A stretch of 64,000 nt of DNA from Ptychomitrium polyphyllum (taxonomy: Eukaryota), in contig OZ316776.1 of the NCBI GenBank assembly GCA_973851085.1, positions 8,804,001 to 8,868,000 on the forward strand, in the 5' to 3' direction. The position numbers and the translations under genes were made by a program. The notes below the pieces were generated by a model. That model worked only from the letters and a program-made list of their open reading frames with translations, was not told the DNA's origin and did not search any database. This document shows, piece after piece, positions 52,001 through 64,000 of this stretch (position 1 is its first letter; every line of letters begins with the position of its first letter).

Positions 52001-55000
52001 CATGCTAACATATGTTTGATGTTGAGTTTTTAACTTTTATTGATAATTCAAACACCCTATTCTGTATAGAATGCCTAATTTGATTTGATATGAATATATT
52101 GCACACATTTTAGAATAGACATATAATGAAATATTACATTAGAACTTTATTGTCTCAACATCAACCTTTAATATTATTAACAATATTATGAATGTATATG
52201 TTTTCTAATGATTTAAATTCAAACCAATAAAATGATTGGTAGTATCAACTTTTATAAATAATATTAATTTGGATATTATGTATTGTATTAAGATTATTAA
52301 AAAAATGAACTATTTGAAATGTTATATATATATTTTTATAAATGTAAGTATGGCTTTATTTGCAAAAAGTATAATGCATATAAAAAAATTTAAGGTTCTT
52401 AATTCAAGTAAAAAGTAATAAAATTTAAATAGCACCTTTTTAACTCCATTAAATTAACTTTAAATGAAAATTTTGAGCAGGGCCTAAGGTTTATTAAAAA
52501 TTTATGCACTTTAAAACCAATATCTATTGGATTTTATGGATATGATAATTTTCAAAAAATAAGATTATAATACTTACAATATATTTTTGCTTATTTTAAA
52601 ATTATCAAAAATTAAATAAATAAAGAATCATACGCATAACAATAGACATTGAACATGATTTACTAGTGTTTAATTTGGTAGGCCACCGTATCCATAATTG
52701 CAATGAAATGAATTTTATAATTCTTCATAATTTACAATTCATATTATATTTCAAAGTATAACTTTAAATTTAGGATTGGAACTATGGTCTTTTTAAGGTT
52801 TTAAATTTTTTTTGACTTTGGCACTTGTATATCTCTTCCAAAGATATGAATATATTCTTCATTGTATACTTTCAGAGAAATCTCTAAATCAACAATAAGA
52901 TAATAGATTTGTGCATAATGTGATCAATTCTAATTGCAATATGTGCTTCCATAGATAAGCAATTAATAATTTTTGATGTCATTGTCACTCATATCCTTAA
53001 ATTATTTGATATTATTGGTACTCATGCATAACATGTACTTAAGATCATTCATAAAATGCATAAATTTTTGGTAATTTATTCAAGCATACATGCCTATGTA
53101 AGAGGATTAATAGGACATTGGCTTGAAGTGTAATTAAATGAAAATTATCTTGTCCACATACAATGCCATTATTACGTCATTACTATGTTGTAAAAAAAAT
53201 AAAATAATGAAAAACAATTTTTCTTTTTATTTTACGTTGATTAGTTAGTTAAGTGATTTTATTCAAGTTTTGAATTTATTTAATTAAATATTTTTTATTT
53301 TTCTATTCCACCCTTGTATATCAATCATTCGTTTGTACCAACAAGCTTTTGCTTGTAACATCTCAAAACTCATGGATATTCAAGGTTGGCATTGCTTCCA
53401 CTTCATATTTTTTTAAATGGACACCTATCATCCATACATACTCATCACTTATTTAAGCCCACACATTTGCATCCTATTGGTAAAGCTTCTATTATATGTA
53501 CTTTTAAATCACTCAAGCCTCCTACTAATAACTAAATCTTAATAGTTACTATTTGACTTATGGAACTTATATTTTATGGATTTTTTAAGAATACATCTAT
53601 AATTTGCTTGTCTCTATCATCAGTTTGAATTATCAAAAGTGTAGATGCAAAGGGACTAATGAACACAAATGTGTATTAGGTGCACATTTAAGAAAGCTAC
53701 AAATTAGAAACTAGAAATGGATAATTCTTTTTAAATATTATTTATTTAGTTCATTCTTATTCCTTTTAGTCTATTTGCACTAAATTTTTTTACATGTGTG
53801 TCTAAAGAAACTTGCAATCACAAAAGAGGAGGAAAGGGGTATTAATTGTTATAAAAAAATTATCCATTTATCCCTTTGCTTTGCATTTGTTCCAATTGCA
53901 CAAATGCATGCTAATAAAATCTTAAGATCTATTTATGCCTATTTTGCATCTTTGATTAGTTTACACCTTTGAGTGCATGCCTATTTGCATTTGTGCCGCT
54001 TCCTTCTAGGATGTCTTTTTTTAACTATGTTGACATGGAAACGTACCTTATCATTCTATATGCCATGTCATTGAGGCTATGATAATTTAGGATGAAATGC
54101 AAGATGTAGTTTCAATCAAAAAAATAATGTCATGGACTTTTGTAATAGAATTGTCTGTGACTAAAAGACTCTTCACCTAACAAATCTGTTAGCAACGAGT
54201 TAAGCCTTTATCTTCTATGTTGACAACCTTGATAAACTGCAATGTAAATGCCTCCGATAGAAGTTCATTTTTTAAAATGGAGATTCCCATTTCATTCTGC
54301 TCATTCCATTTCAAATCATTTAGAAGCAATTTTGAAACTGTGTTTTGTACACTCATAGTAACTATGACCGTGGCATGACCACATACACTGGATACTCACT
54401 GCTAAGTTACTGTAATTAATAATGTTTTTACAGTATACTGATAGGAACTTTACAGTTAAGACTTAGTGATAAGAATGGTGTTCATGAAAACATCAAGATT
54501 ATCCTTGCATCAATAAAATGTACTTTCCCATCATTATGCTTGGTTAAGTTTTTGAAGTTAATGATATCAAAACACAATTCCCTATTTTAGTGAAGTATGA
54601 TATGGAATTGATAACTAGAAGTATATATCTTGGCATCCTTGTAGATCTTGCAAGACTCACTAGCCACTCATCAGTGAGTTTCTCACAATCCCATTGATGA
54701 GGGCTTCCAAATCTTTACTGTCCCCTATCCAGCAGTTGAATTGGGTCCAAATGTGATCACTGAAGGTCATGTCTTCATTCATGTGGACCTAGATTCGGAA
54801 TCAAATGTTATATGCTTTTATACTTGCTGGATGCCTTTTTAACATTGAGCCACTCATTTAAATATCCCAGATATTTCCTCAGCAGCAAATTGGTCTTTAC
54901 TCACTTGATACTAGGGTCTACCTTGATTACCAAGCAAAATTCATGAAATTAGTAGACCATGCAAAGCATCTCATAAGGATCATTCAAACACACACATGTT

Positions 55001-55421
55001 GCTAAATTGTGAAGATATTTGAGATCTTTGTGTCAAATTCAGAACAATTTAAAAATATGCACTGCCATGAAGTTTTAGGCATTATGCCTGGGAAAACAAG
55101 CCATCAAATTTGTGAGTTTCTATGAAAACAAAGTTTGATTCAGGTAAGTTCCAGATCATGGGCGTACATTTTTAAAATAAAAATCCATCTTTAGAATCTT
55201 CTGTATATGAACATCCTTTTGTCATTTTTACTGTATATAATGTATTTCAAGCCCAAGTTTACATGGAGGTTAAATTACATAGAGCTTTTTATACAAGTGC
55301 AAGGTGAGAAAATTGGAGTATAGAGAACACTCTTGTACTTTAGTAATCTTAGATAAGCTTGGGACCATAGATAGAATTTGTGCACATTCCAATACCTCCA
55401 TTGTTTTCTATGGAAAGTAAA

Positions 55422-55455
55422 ATATTTCTACAAACATATTTCTACAAACATATTT
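55422..55455. repeat. 14-bp tandem repeat
   Basis: ATATTTCTACAAAC x2.4. Confidence 0.8.
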
Positions 55456-57425
55456 GGTAAAGAGTCATCAAGAAACAAAAAGTTAGAGCATGTTTAATCA
55501 AATTAGTGTGGTCAACAATGAATCACACTTTCAGTGTAGCGTCACAATCTATTGATATCAATATATAATGCTGCCAATGACTTGCATCAGCATGATTACA
55601 TTAGTCAACATGGATTCTCTGTAAGTTGGTATCACAGAGATGGCATGAATACCAGTATTCTATATTGGTCAACAAGGAGGATTTGGTAGCACCCAGTCCA
55701 TAAGAAACATTTTTTTTTTAACCATGGATCAAAGAAAGCACTAACTTTAATAGTGAGAATTTATGGGGATCATCTTGAAATTGGGTTGGTTGGTTTCAAC
55801 ACTTTGGCAATCCTGTTTATCTCAAATCATGAATTCACGCTGAGTACCTGAGATAAATAGGCCAGTGATTGAATAGGTTATAACCATAAAGTGCATTCAG
55901 GTGGGTAGTAAGCACCATGACGCCTGCACACTTTTGTTCAGATCTCTGTGGACTTCAACCTGAAAAGTAGAAAGAGATGCAAGAAACTGGTGCCCTAGAC
56001 TTTGGTCTCTTATGAACTCACTTCCTTGCACCAACTTTATTATCAATGTTGATATCATCTTGCATTTTGGCTCTTTCTAAGTTGAAATAACTTTTGGTGA
56101 CTTGAGTCATCTGAACTTCTTAAGCAAGTCACATAAGAATTGGTGTAATCTTGAAAGAGGCTAAGTTCTTAAGGCTCAATCCTTTCTGAAGATTACAAAA
56201 TGTAAAATTTGCAAGAGTAAGATACAATATAATAAGGGAAGAATTTGAAACCTGTAACAAGTATAATTACACATTTAGTGCTCCTATAGGCATAACTGCT
56301 GTATCCGCAAGAGGCCTAATCTGTTTGTTACTTAACAAGGATAAAATACATGAGTGCTACCACAATGGAGATCTTATCTCTGAATCATTACCTTGCACCA
56401 ATTTTATCCTCAGTTTGCTTGAGAAATTAGTACCAAACAACTCAACCCTTCCTTGAGATCTGAGTACAGAGCCACCAACTTTATGGCACAAGAAACATGT
56501 CCATAAAAATTGATTGCTAGCAGAGTCAAGATGTGCCAGCCAATATCTGTTAGGGTAGTTGCTTGATTCTATATCAGACTCACATTCCTGCAAGTGATTG
56601 ATAGAAAGCACCTAAGATCAACCTTGGACCTAGAACCGTGACTCCAATTGTGGTAATTTTAAAATCGACCACAATTTGTAATAACCAAAGTCCAACTTGC
56701 ACTTAGAAGTGACTTTTGCATCTAGATAGTCTGATTCTTACGGTTCAATTAAAACTTGGAGGCATAAATAATTATAATGCATCAGGGTTGACGTTCACAT
56801 CTGTTTACTTCATGCCACATTTATTTAGCGTAATTCACAATTTCTGTTCCACATTCCAAAACAAAGGTGAGTTTTTCTAGCTAAAAATGTTTGGTCCAAG
56901 AATTGTTAAATGAACCAACTTTGAAGTAACTAAGAATCATTATCATAACTATCAAAATGAACCTGAAGAATGGAATAAATTTTTATAGCATTGATTTATA
57001 CTTGTAAGTGTATAGCATGCTAGATAATGAAAGCATTTTACAAAAATTACAAAGTTCAAAAGAACCTAAATGTAATTGTAACTACTTCTTATTTAAATGA
57101 ATTAAGAATTTATTTAAGATGATTTAAGAACTAATAGAGATATCAAACAATAGTAATTGGTAAAACATTATATTATAGACTACACTAAGGACTTTAAAAA
57201 GGTGAATATGTGATTTCTTATAGTGAACTTAGATCTTATCATGAAAATCAACTTAATGAACTAATAAATACCTCATTCCATAAATAGAATTATAATGTTT
57301 CTTTCTTTTTTTTAAAAAGATATTTTTGTGGCCTATGATTATTAATGCATTTAGATTCATTCATCTATTATATTATAATATTGAAAGCCGCAAAACTCAA
57401 ATTCTATCAAAATCCATTCAAAAGG

Positions 57426-57473
57426 TATCCTTCACTTTAAAACTTGTAATATCCTTCACTTTAAAACTTCTAA
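57426..57473. repeat. 24-bp tandem duplication
   Basis: TATCCTTCACTTTAAAACTT(G/C)TAA x2. Confidence 0.85.
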
Positions 57474-58696
57474 TTTACCTTGGTAAGTCATGCAAAATTA
57501 ATTATGGGGTCTACTAGAAATAATTTACTTTATTAACCCAAGATGCATTCCTTGCTACATAGTATGGGTCCATTGAAATGCCTTCCTCAGTGCCAGGTAT
57601 TCATTAAAACACCGCTGTTGACGCAAAACACTGTAGATTGACAGCACTGGATTTCAAACACAAAGCCAGTTCTTTACAACAGGTTGTCGTTGCCAGACAA
57701 GAGAAATCAATCACAAAATTGAAAAGAACTGGAGAAATTCACCATCCCAGTTAATATCCAAGAAACATCCTAGGAGCTCATTTTAAAATGCAAATTGAGC
57801 GTCTTGTGGTTACAAGACCGTAAATCTGAAAATCCAGAATTCAAATCACTGGGTTTACTTCAAGGTGTGATCTTTCAAGTCAAAGGTAGAGGCAGAGACA
57901 AAGAAAGTGGAAAAGGGGGGGGCAAGTCTTTGCGAGCTCGCAGGCGGGCACCAGAAAGGAAGCCAAGCTAGACTAAATGAAGCAGCGGTGACATAGTGCA
58001 GCAGGAATGCATGCGTTGGTGGCACTCATCAGGATCATCCACAGACGACAGCTCAGAATATGTGGGGCCATAGAAGCTGCACGCGCCAGTATCAATTTAA
58101 GTCCTCTGGCCTCTTCCATTCCATTTCCAGGATCATCGTCTCACCTGATCGAGCTGCGGCAGTTGTGCAGCTTAGTTTTCACTTGCAGTTACGTTTCTCA
58201 GCTGCACACTGCACAGAGTACCCACTGCATCGATCTTCTACCTAGACTTTGATTCCTTCCTCGAGCTGCATCGGAAACTTACTACTGATCAACTAGAACT
58301 TACAGGTTCATCAAGCAGGCATCAATCCATTCTACACAATCTCGTTCACTACTTCACGTCTTAGTTGCAGTGGGTTAACCTGCAAATATCGATAAGGATG
58401 TGAGCTCCATCCACTAGGTTTCTAAGTTTGATTGATTATATTCAGTTGAGTCTAGACGCTTGGACTTCACCAGGAAGGTGTTTGGATTTGTGGCCCCGTT
58501 GCAGCTCAATTGCAGCGACAGAGGTGGCCTCGTGGATTGGGTGGAGAGGACGTGGTGGTGATGGTGGTAGTGGTGGTGGTGGTTGTTGATTGACAAGTTC
58601 GGGAGTAGTGATCAGAAGCTCCTTGGTTGTAGAAGAAGGCGATTGGATTGAAACCAGAGGTAGGATTAATTTGGTTGACGATTGGCTTTCAGTTTG

Positions 58697-61172
58697 ATGG
58701 CGCCGATGGCGGCGGTGGCGGTGAGCAATGACGAGCAGGTGAATGAGTACCGCGACTATAACTCCATGCAGGTGGACTCGGGGAATGAGTTTTGCACCAG
58801 TGGTGGGGGTGCGACCACGGCGCGCATGGATCCCTTGAATTGGATAAAGACGGCGAAGGCGATGGAAGGGAGTCACCTCGACGAGGTGAAGGGCTTCGTC
58901 AAGACGTTTTACGAAGCGAGCGAGGTTTCGCTAGAGGGCGTCAGCCTCACCATCGCTCACGTCGCGGCCGTGGCACGCCGGCCTGAGGTGCGGGTCGTGT
59001 TGGACGCCGCTACCGCGAAGGCGCGCGTAAACGAGAGCTCCGACTGGGTGCTGAACAAGATCATGCGCGGCTCGGATATCTATGGGGTCACCACGGGCTT
59101 TGGAGCGACCTCGCATCGCAGAACGCAACAGGGCATCGAACTCCAGAGGGAACTCATTAGGTCGGGACACATACATATATACATACATAGCCCGCTTTTG
59201 GTAACCTTCTCTCAGTTAGGGATACATTTCGTTGAAGTTTGCTGTGTTTTGGTCATTGATGTCGTAAGTTGATTGTTGGTTTTCAGATTTCTGAATGCGG
59301 GAGTGGTAAACTCCGGCAACACGCTTCCAGTGGCCACGACGAGAGCGGCCATGCTCGTGAGAACCAACACGCTGTTGCAAGGATTCTCTGGTATTCGATG
59401 GGAGATTCTTGAGGCGATGGAGAAGCTGCTTAATGCGCAGATTACCCCCAAGTTGCCGCTGCGCGGCACCATCACAGCCTCCGGCGACCTTGTGCCTCTC
59501 TCGTACATCGCAGGTAGGTCTCTCGATTTTATTGACTCTCCTTTACCTTCGTAGGAATTTAGCCGCAATATGAAACGGACGAATTGATCGATGGTTGGTT
59601 TCTGTTGGCATTGAAGGGCTTCTGACAGCGCGGCCGAACTCTAAGGCCGTGACGGAGGATGGGAAGACTGTGTCGGGTACCGAAGCGCTGCGGATGGCGG
59701 GGATTGACAAGCCGTTCGAGTTGCAGCCGAAGGAAGGCTTGGCAATGGTGAACGGAACCGCGGTGGGATCCGCGCTCGCATCCACGGTCTGCTTCGACGC
59801 CAACATCTTAGCCGTTATGGCGGAGGTTTTAGCTGCGCTTTTCTGCGAGGTGATGCAGGGGAAGCCGGAATTTGCCGACCCTCTTACCCACAAGCTGAAG
59901 CATCACCCCGGGCAGATGGAGGCTGCGGCCATAATGGAGTTTCTCCTGGACGGAAGCTCCTACATGAAAGCCGCCGCAAAGCTGCACGAGACAGATCCAC
60001 TGAAGAAGCCGAAGCAAGACCGTTACGCGCTTCGCACTTCACCACAATGGCTCGGCCCTCAAATCGAATCCATCCGTAGCGCAACGCACTCCATTCAGCG
60101 AGAGATCAACTCCGTGAACGACAACCCGCTCATCGACGCGGCGGGAGATCGAGCCCTCCACGGCGGGAACTTTCAAGGAACGCCCATTGGCGTTTCCATG
60201 GACAACATGCGGCTCGCGGTCGCGGCCATCGGGAAGCTCATCTTCGCGCAGTTCAGCGAACTCGTAAACGACTTCTACAACAACGGCCTACCGTCAAACC
60301 TCTCCGGGGGACCAAACCCGAGCCTCGACTACGGCATGAAGGGCGCGGAGATCGCCATGGCCTCCTACCTTAGCGAGCTCAACTACCTCGCGAATCCCGT
60401 CACCACCCACGTCCAAAGCGCGGAGCAGCACAACCAAGACGTGAACTCGCTCGGCCTCGTCTCGGCCCGCAAAACAGAGGAAGCCATCGACATTCTCAAG
60501 CTCATGACGTCCACTTTCCTTGTCGGCCTTTGCCAAGCCATCGACCTCCGCCACATCGAGGAAACCATGCAAGCTGCCGTGAAGAACATCATAACCCAAG
60601 TGGCGAAGAAGACGCTGTTCATGAACCCCCAAAATGGCACTCTCCTTCCAGCGCGGTTCGCTGAGAAGGACCTCCTCGGTGTCGTCGACCATACTCCCGT
60701 CTTCACCTACATCGACGACGCCGCTAGCTTGTCGTACCCTCTCATGGAGAAGCTGCGCCAGGTACTTGTCCAGCACGCGCTCCACCACAACAGCAGCGAC
60801 AAGGCGGCCGCGAGCTCGGTGTTCAACAGCATCACCAGCTTCGAGGAGGACCTCAAGGTGCGCCTCACCGTCGAAGTGCCGCAGATCCGTGACGCATATG
60901 ACAACAAGGGCTACTCCCCCCTCGCGAACCGCATCGAGAACTGCCGGACGTATCCATTGTACAGTTTCGTCCGCCAGGGACTGCAAACGCAGCTGCTCAC
61001 GGGCTTGCGCACAATCAGTCCCGGACAAGAGATTGAGAAGGTTTACGATGCGATCTGCGAGGGCAAGCATGTGGCGCCGTTGTTGCAGTGCATCGACGGT
61101 TGGCACGGCGCCCCCGGCCCTTTCTCTCCGTGCCGATCGAAGCTTAGCCTGACAGATCAGACTCTCGGTTGA
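58697..61172 (+). CDS. PAL: Phenylalanine ammonia-lyase, 3 coding exons (~748 aa)
   Basis: Exons 58697-59160, 59287-59513 and 59617-61172. Motifs [29 protein letters not shown] (Phe at the substrate switch, so PAL rather than TAL), MIO-forming [35 protein letters not shown] and HGGNFQG. Confidence 0.98.
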
Positions 61173-62032
61173 AGAGCCTAATTTGATGTTTTTGTGTAAA
61201 ATTTTGCACAGTTTGGAGATGACTCAATCGGTGTCCATTGGCCGTGGCGATGAGGAATTAACATGGTGCAGCGCAGAGATTCCGGTGGTGTTTAGATGGG
61301 GGATGAGGTGGGTAGAGTAGATGTAGCGATCGATGACGATGATTAGGTACATAGATTCTGAAATAATGTGGACAGCTCAAACTGAGTGTTAGCTCCGGAT
61401 CATTCAGCATTTAAGTTGAAGAACACAAATTAACCATTCCTCGCAGAGCAGTTTTGGGGACTGTCTGTGGAGGTGTAATATAGTAATCATGCAGGGGTGC
61501 GTGTCAATCCACTTTAGATGCAAGAGTTCTCCTTTTTTCAATGGGCTCGGTGTGATACTTGAGGGTGTACCTACCTTGAAATTCGCTGGTAGCAATCAAT
61601 CGAGACCTTCTGATTTTCTTTTGCAAGCAGACGAGCGAAATTGAAGCAAGTGGGAATGTGCAAGCAAGGAGTAGATCTCTGGTGGTGTATTAAGAGCTTG
61701 AATTCCTTTTAAATTTGCTTTAGTCATGAGGGAGTGTAAACGCAACTGCTTGAAAATCAGAAAAACTGCGGCCAATCAGTCTACCCAGATGATAACTTCG
61801 TGTTCAATCTAGGATATAACAGTGCTAGAAAACATACAAATTATGCGATGATAACAGAGCAAAAGACAATATATACAAGTGAACTAGACAGATATAAGGG
61901 CTTATCTTGCAAACAAAAAGAACTGTTTCATTTTCAAAAAATCATTGTGGACAAGTGAAATATCTGCACTGAAATAGCTTCTACGTGTAGGCGTTATAAT
62001 CGGGAACAAGAAATAGCCAATTGGTCTAAAAT

Positions 62033-63950
62033 CTAATGGTTACCTTTTGGCTTGAACGAATATGCTTCGTAGTTGATAGTTTGGCCAAGGACACTCAATT
62101 TTGTGAACGCAGTAATTAGATCCACCTGCCACAAACAATACACTCTCTGGTATGAAGACCCACGGAACAAAGTTCACGCTATCAAACAGGGCATCTCACC
62201 ACATAAGAGGAAGCAATCAGCTCCTTAGGTCGTGAGTGAGTAGGAGGAAGGAGTTTTTATCCGTGATTTGTTGCGGGTATGCGGGTGGGGAAGGAGAGGG
62301 AAGGAGCGAAGGAATTACATATAAAAACTAAGCGGTGGCTCACAAAGACCATGCACCTGCCAAGGCAAATTTGGGGTGGATTGTGGGTTTCTTGATGCTA
62401 AATTGATCCACCCCGAATTACGCATGTCACCACGCTTACAGCCCAATCTTCCTGTTTGCGTCCTCTTATGAATTGTAAGAGTCACATGGATTAAAATAGC
62501 AATGATACGAGGAACTCTTTTACAGTAACTGTCCTCACTAGCGTACAGGTCCGAGACAGCAGTCAACGACGAGGAACAAAACTATAAAGCTCATGATATG
62601 ATTAATGCGCAAAGATTGCTGCAGTATTCTTACCTCGTAGTCGGTCTGAGAGACTGTTTCTCTGCTATCAGCGTACTTTTTCACCCGCGGTGCAAACTCA
62701 GAATCTGTGGCTAATTTGGCTTCTGTTGCAGCTTGGTCAGGCCCTAAGAATGCTGATAACACAGCAATCTGCACATGTCAACCAAGGTGTTTTGTCAGGC
62801 TAGTGAAACAGCTCTTACACAAGGTTCACATCAGTCATGGTAAGGGCTTCAGACAAACATCATGGAGACTGTAATTTCTGTTACAATTCAGCTGACCTGT
62901 CTAGGTTTGATGCCCAAGTTGGCAAACCTCTCTTTAATCTCTGTGGTAGAGGCTGTTCCCCATACTGGCACCCTGCCTTCTGAGTCAGCCTCTGTAGCCC
63001 CAGCCCGGCCTGACAACTTGTCAAACTGACCCCACTGCACAGCACATCTAGAGTCAGAACCTGCTATAAACTAACAACACAATACTAGACCATGACATTC
63101 GTATAACATTAATGGCTCAACCTTCAATGAAGAACCATATTATAATGGATCACATCCCTTGTTCTTTCTGTTCAACTCTTTAAAACTAAGTTAAAGGAGG
63201 ACATAGTTTCATGCAGTCAATGGACAAGTAAGTACATGCCACAGATAAACAGTTGAATAGTATCCTCTGAATCCTTACTTCTTGCCAATTATTCTCAACA
63301 GAGCTCATGAATGTTAACAGACCCAATCTCAATTGTGTTTATGATGTCGGTATGCAACATTATAACATTGCGTATTTGGTCTGTTGGGTTACCGTAACAT
63401 TTCCAGAAAAACACTTAGAGCTGACCTGCCCTGTAGAGCCATATGCCGTGTAGAATTGTTCTCCCTTCTTTAGATCACCACCACACTTGCGCACCGCCGA
63501 CTGGATGAATGTATGCTTGACGGCGCTTTGTGCTACACATGCTAAGACAACCATTAATTCAAGGACTTTAATAGTTTCTAATGTGGCACATCAAAGTTAC
63601 GATTTGACCCAAGAGATACCAAGGGTGGTACAGCCTTTTGATAACACATACCAGCAATGTGACCAAGATCCGCCCATGAGATAAGGCCACCCTTGGTGAC
63701 GGCTGCTTCGTCTGTGGACTTCGTAATATTCTCCAGGAAGCTGATAGCTCTCTCTAGACCGCCGTTTTCTGGTCTATTAAGCTCTGCATTGCACTTTAAC
63801 AAAGTCAGCCTGATCCCTAGTGCTTGATATCCTCAACCCTAAAATTGAAAATGTACAACATGACCAACTCGAGAAAATAAGAACAATTTGTTCCAAGGCG
63901 AGATTGAAGACATACCGAACTGAACCATTTGCCCCTCCTGTCTTGCATTC
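62033..63950 (-). CDS. APX4: Thylakoid lumenal 29 kDa protein / ascorbate peroxidase-like 4, 3' portion (5' end beyond the window)
   Basis: Exons encode KTGGANGSVR, ELNRPENGGL...ISWADL, QSAVKHTF...RKCGGD...TAYGSTGQ, WGQFDK...EGRVPVW, IAVLSAFLGPDQAATE...SRETVSQTDYE and VDLITAFTKLSVLGQTINYEAYS, all characteristic of APX4/TL29. Confidence 0.9.
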
Positions 63951-64000
63951 CTGTTCGAGTTTTGCAAGCAGACCAACTTCAGATAACCTTGCAGATGAGA

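Noticed and set aside
53645..53890. Patchy inverted repeats (AAATGGATAATT / AATTATCCATTT) suggesting a MITE
   Set aside because: The arms are discontinuous, no TSD is seen, and such matches are common in AT-rich DNA.
60294..61106. 270-aa antisense ORF (and other overlapping ORFs) within PAL exon 3
   Set aside because: Expected by-product of high GC at third codon positions in the real gene, with no recognisable motifs.
1..64000. CRISPR arrays, rRNA/tRNA genes, intact LTR or DNA transposons
   Set aside because: No regularly spaced repeat-spacer array, structural RNA signature or transposase/RT ORF was seen.

Overview
Eukaryotic, intron-rich land-plant nuclear DNA. Gene density, short GT-AG introns and protein style suggest a moss or other bryophyte; this is inference. 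I reconstructed about ten protein-coding loci by hand from splice sites and the ORF track: RNA polymerase I largest subunit (NRPA1, ~24 exons), a small plastid-targeted membrane protein, a candidate small secreted peptide gene, a TMK-type LRR receptor kinase, an ER MESD-family chaperone, the UV-B photoreceptor UVR8, a PHAX-domain protein head-to-head with an intronless MPDU1/PQ-loop gene, phenylalanine ammonia-lyase (PAL), and the 3' part of an APX4/TL29-like gene. AT-rich intergenic blocks (~23-29 kb, 38.5-44 kb, 51.7-57.6 kb) hold small tandem duplications and a short palindrome, and a decayed LRR fragment lies near 48.5-49 kb. I recognised no rRNA, tRNA, CRISPR array or intact transposon. 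The best novel lead is the secreted-peptide gene at 16.3-17.0 kb. It has a CLE-like C-terminal 12-mer, and its stop codon is directly followed by an in-frame ATG and a 75-codon ORF. Other leads are an extra VP motif in the UVR8 tail, a possibly decaying APX4 copy, and a uORF overlapping the NRPA1 start. Exon boundaries were read by eye and may be off by a few bases. No database searches were run.
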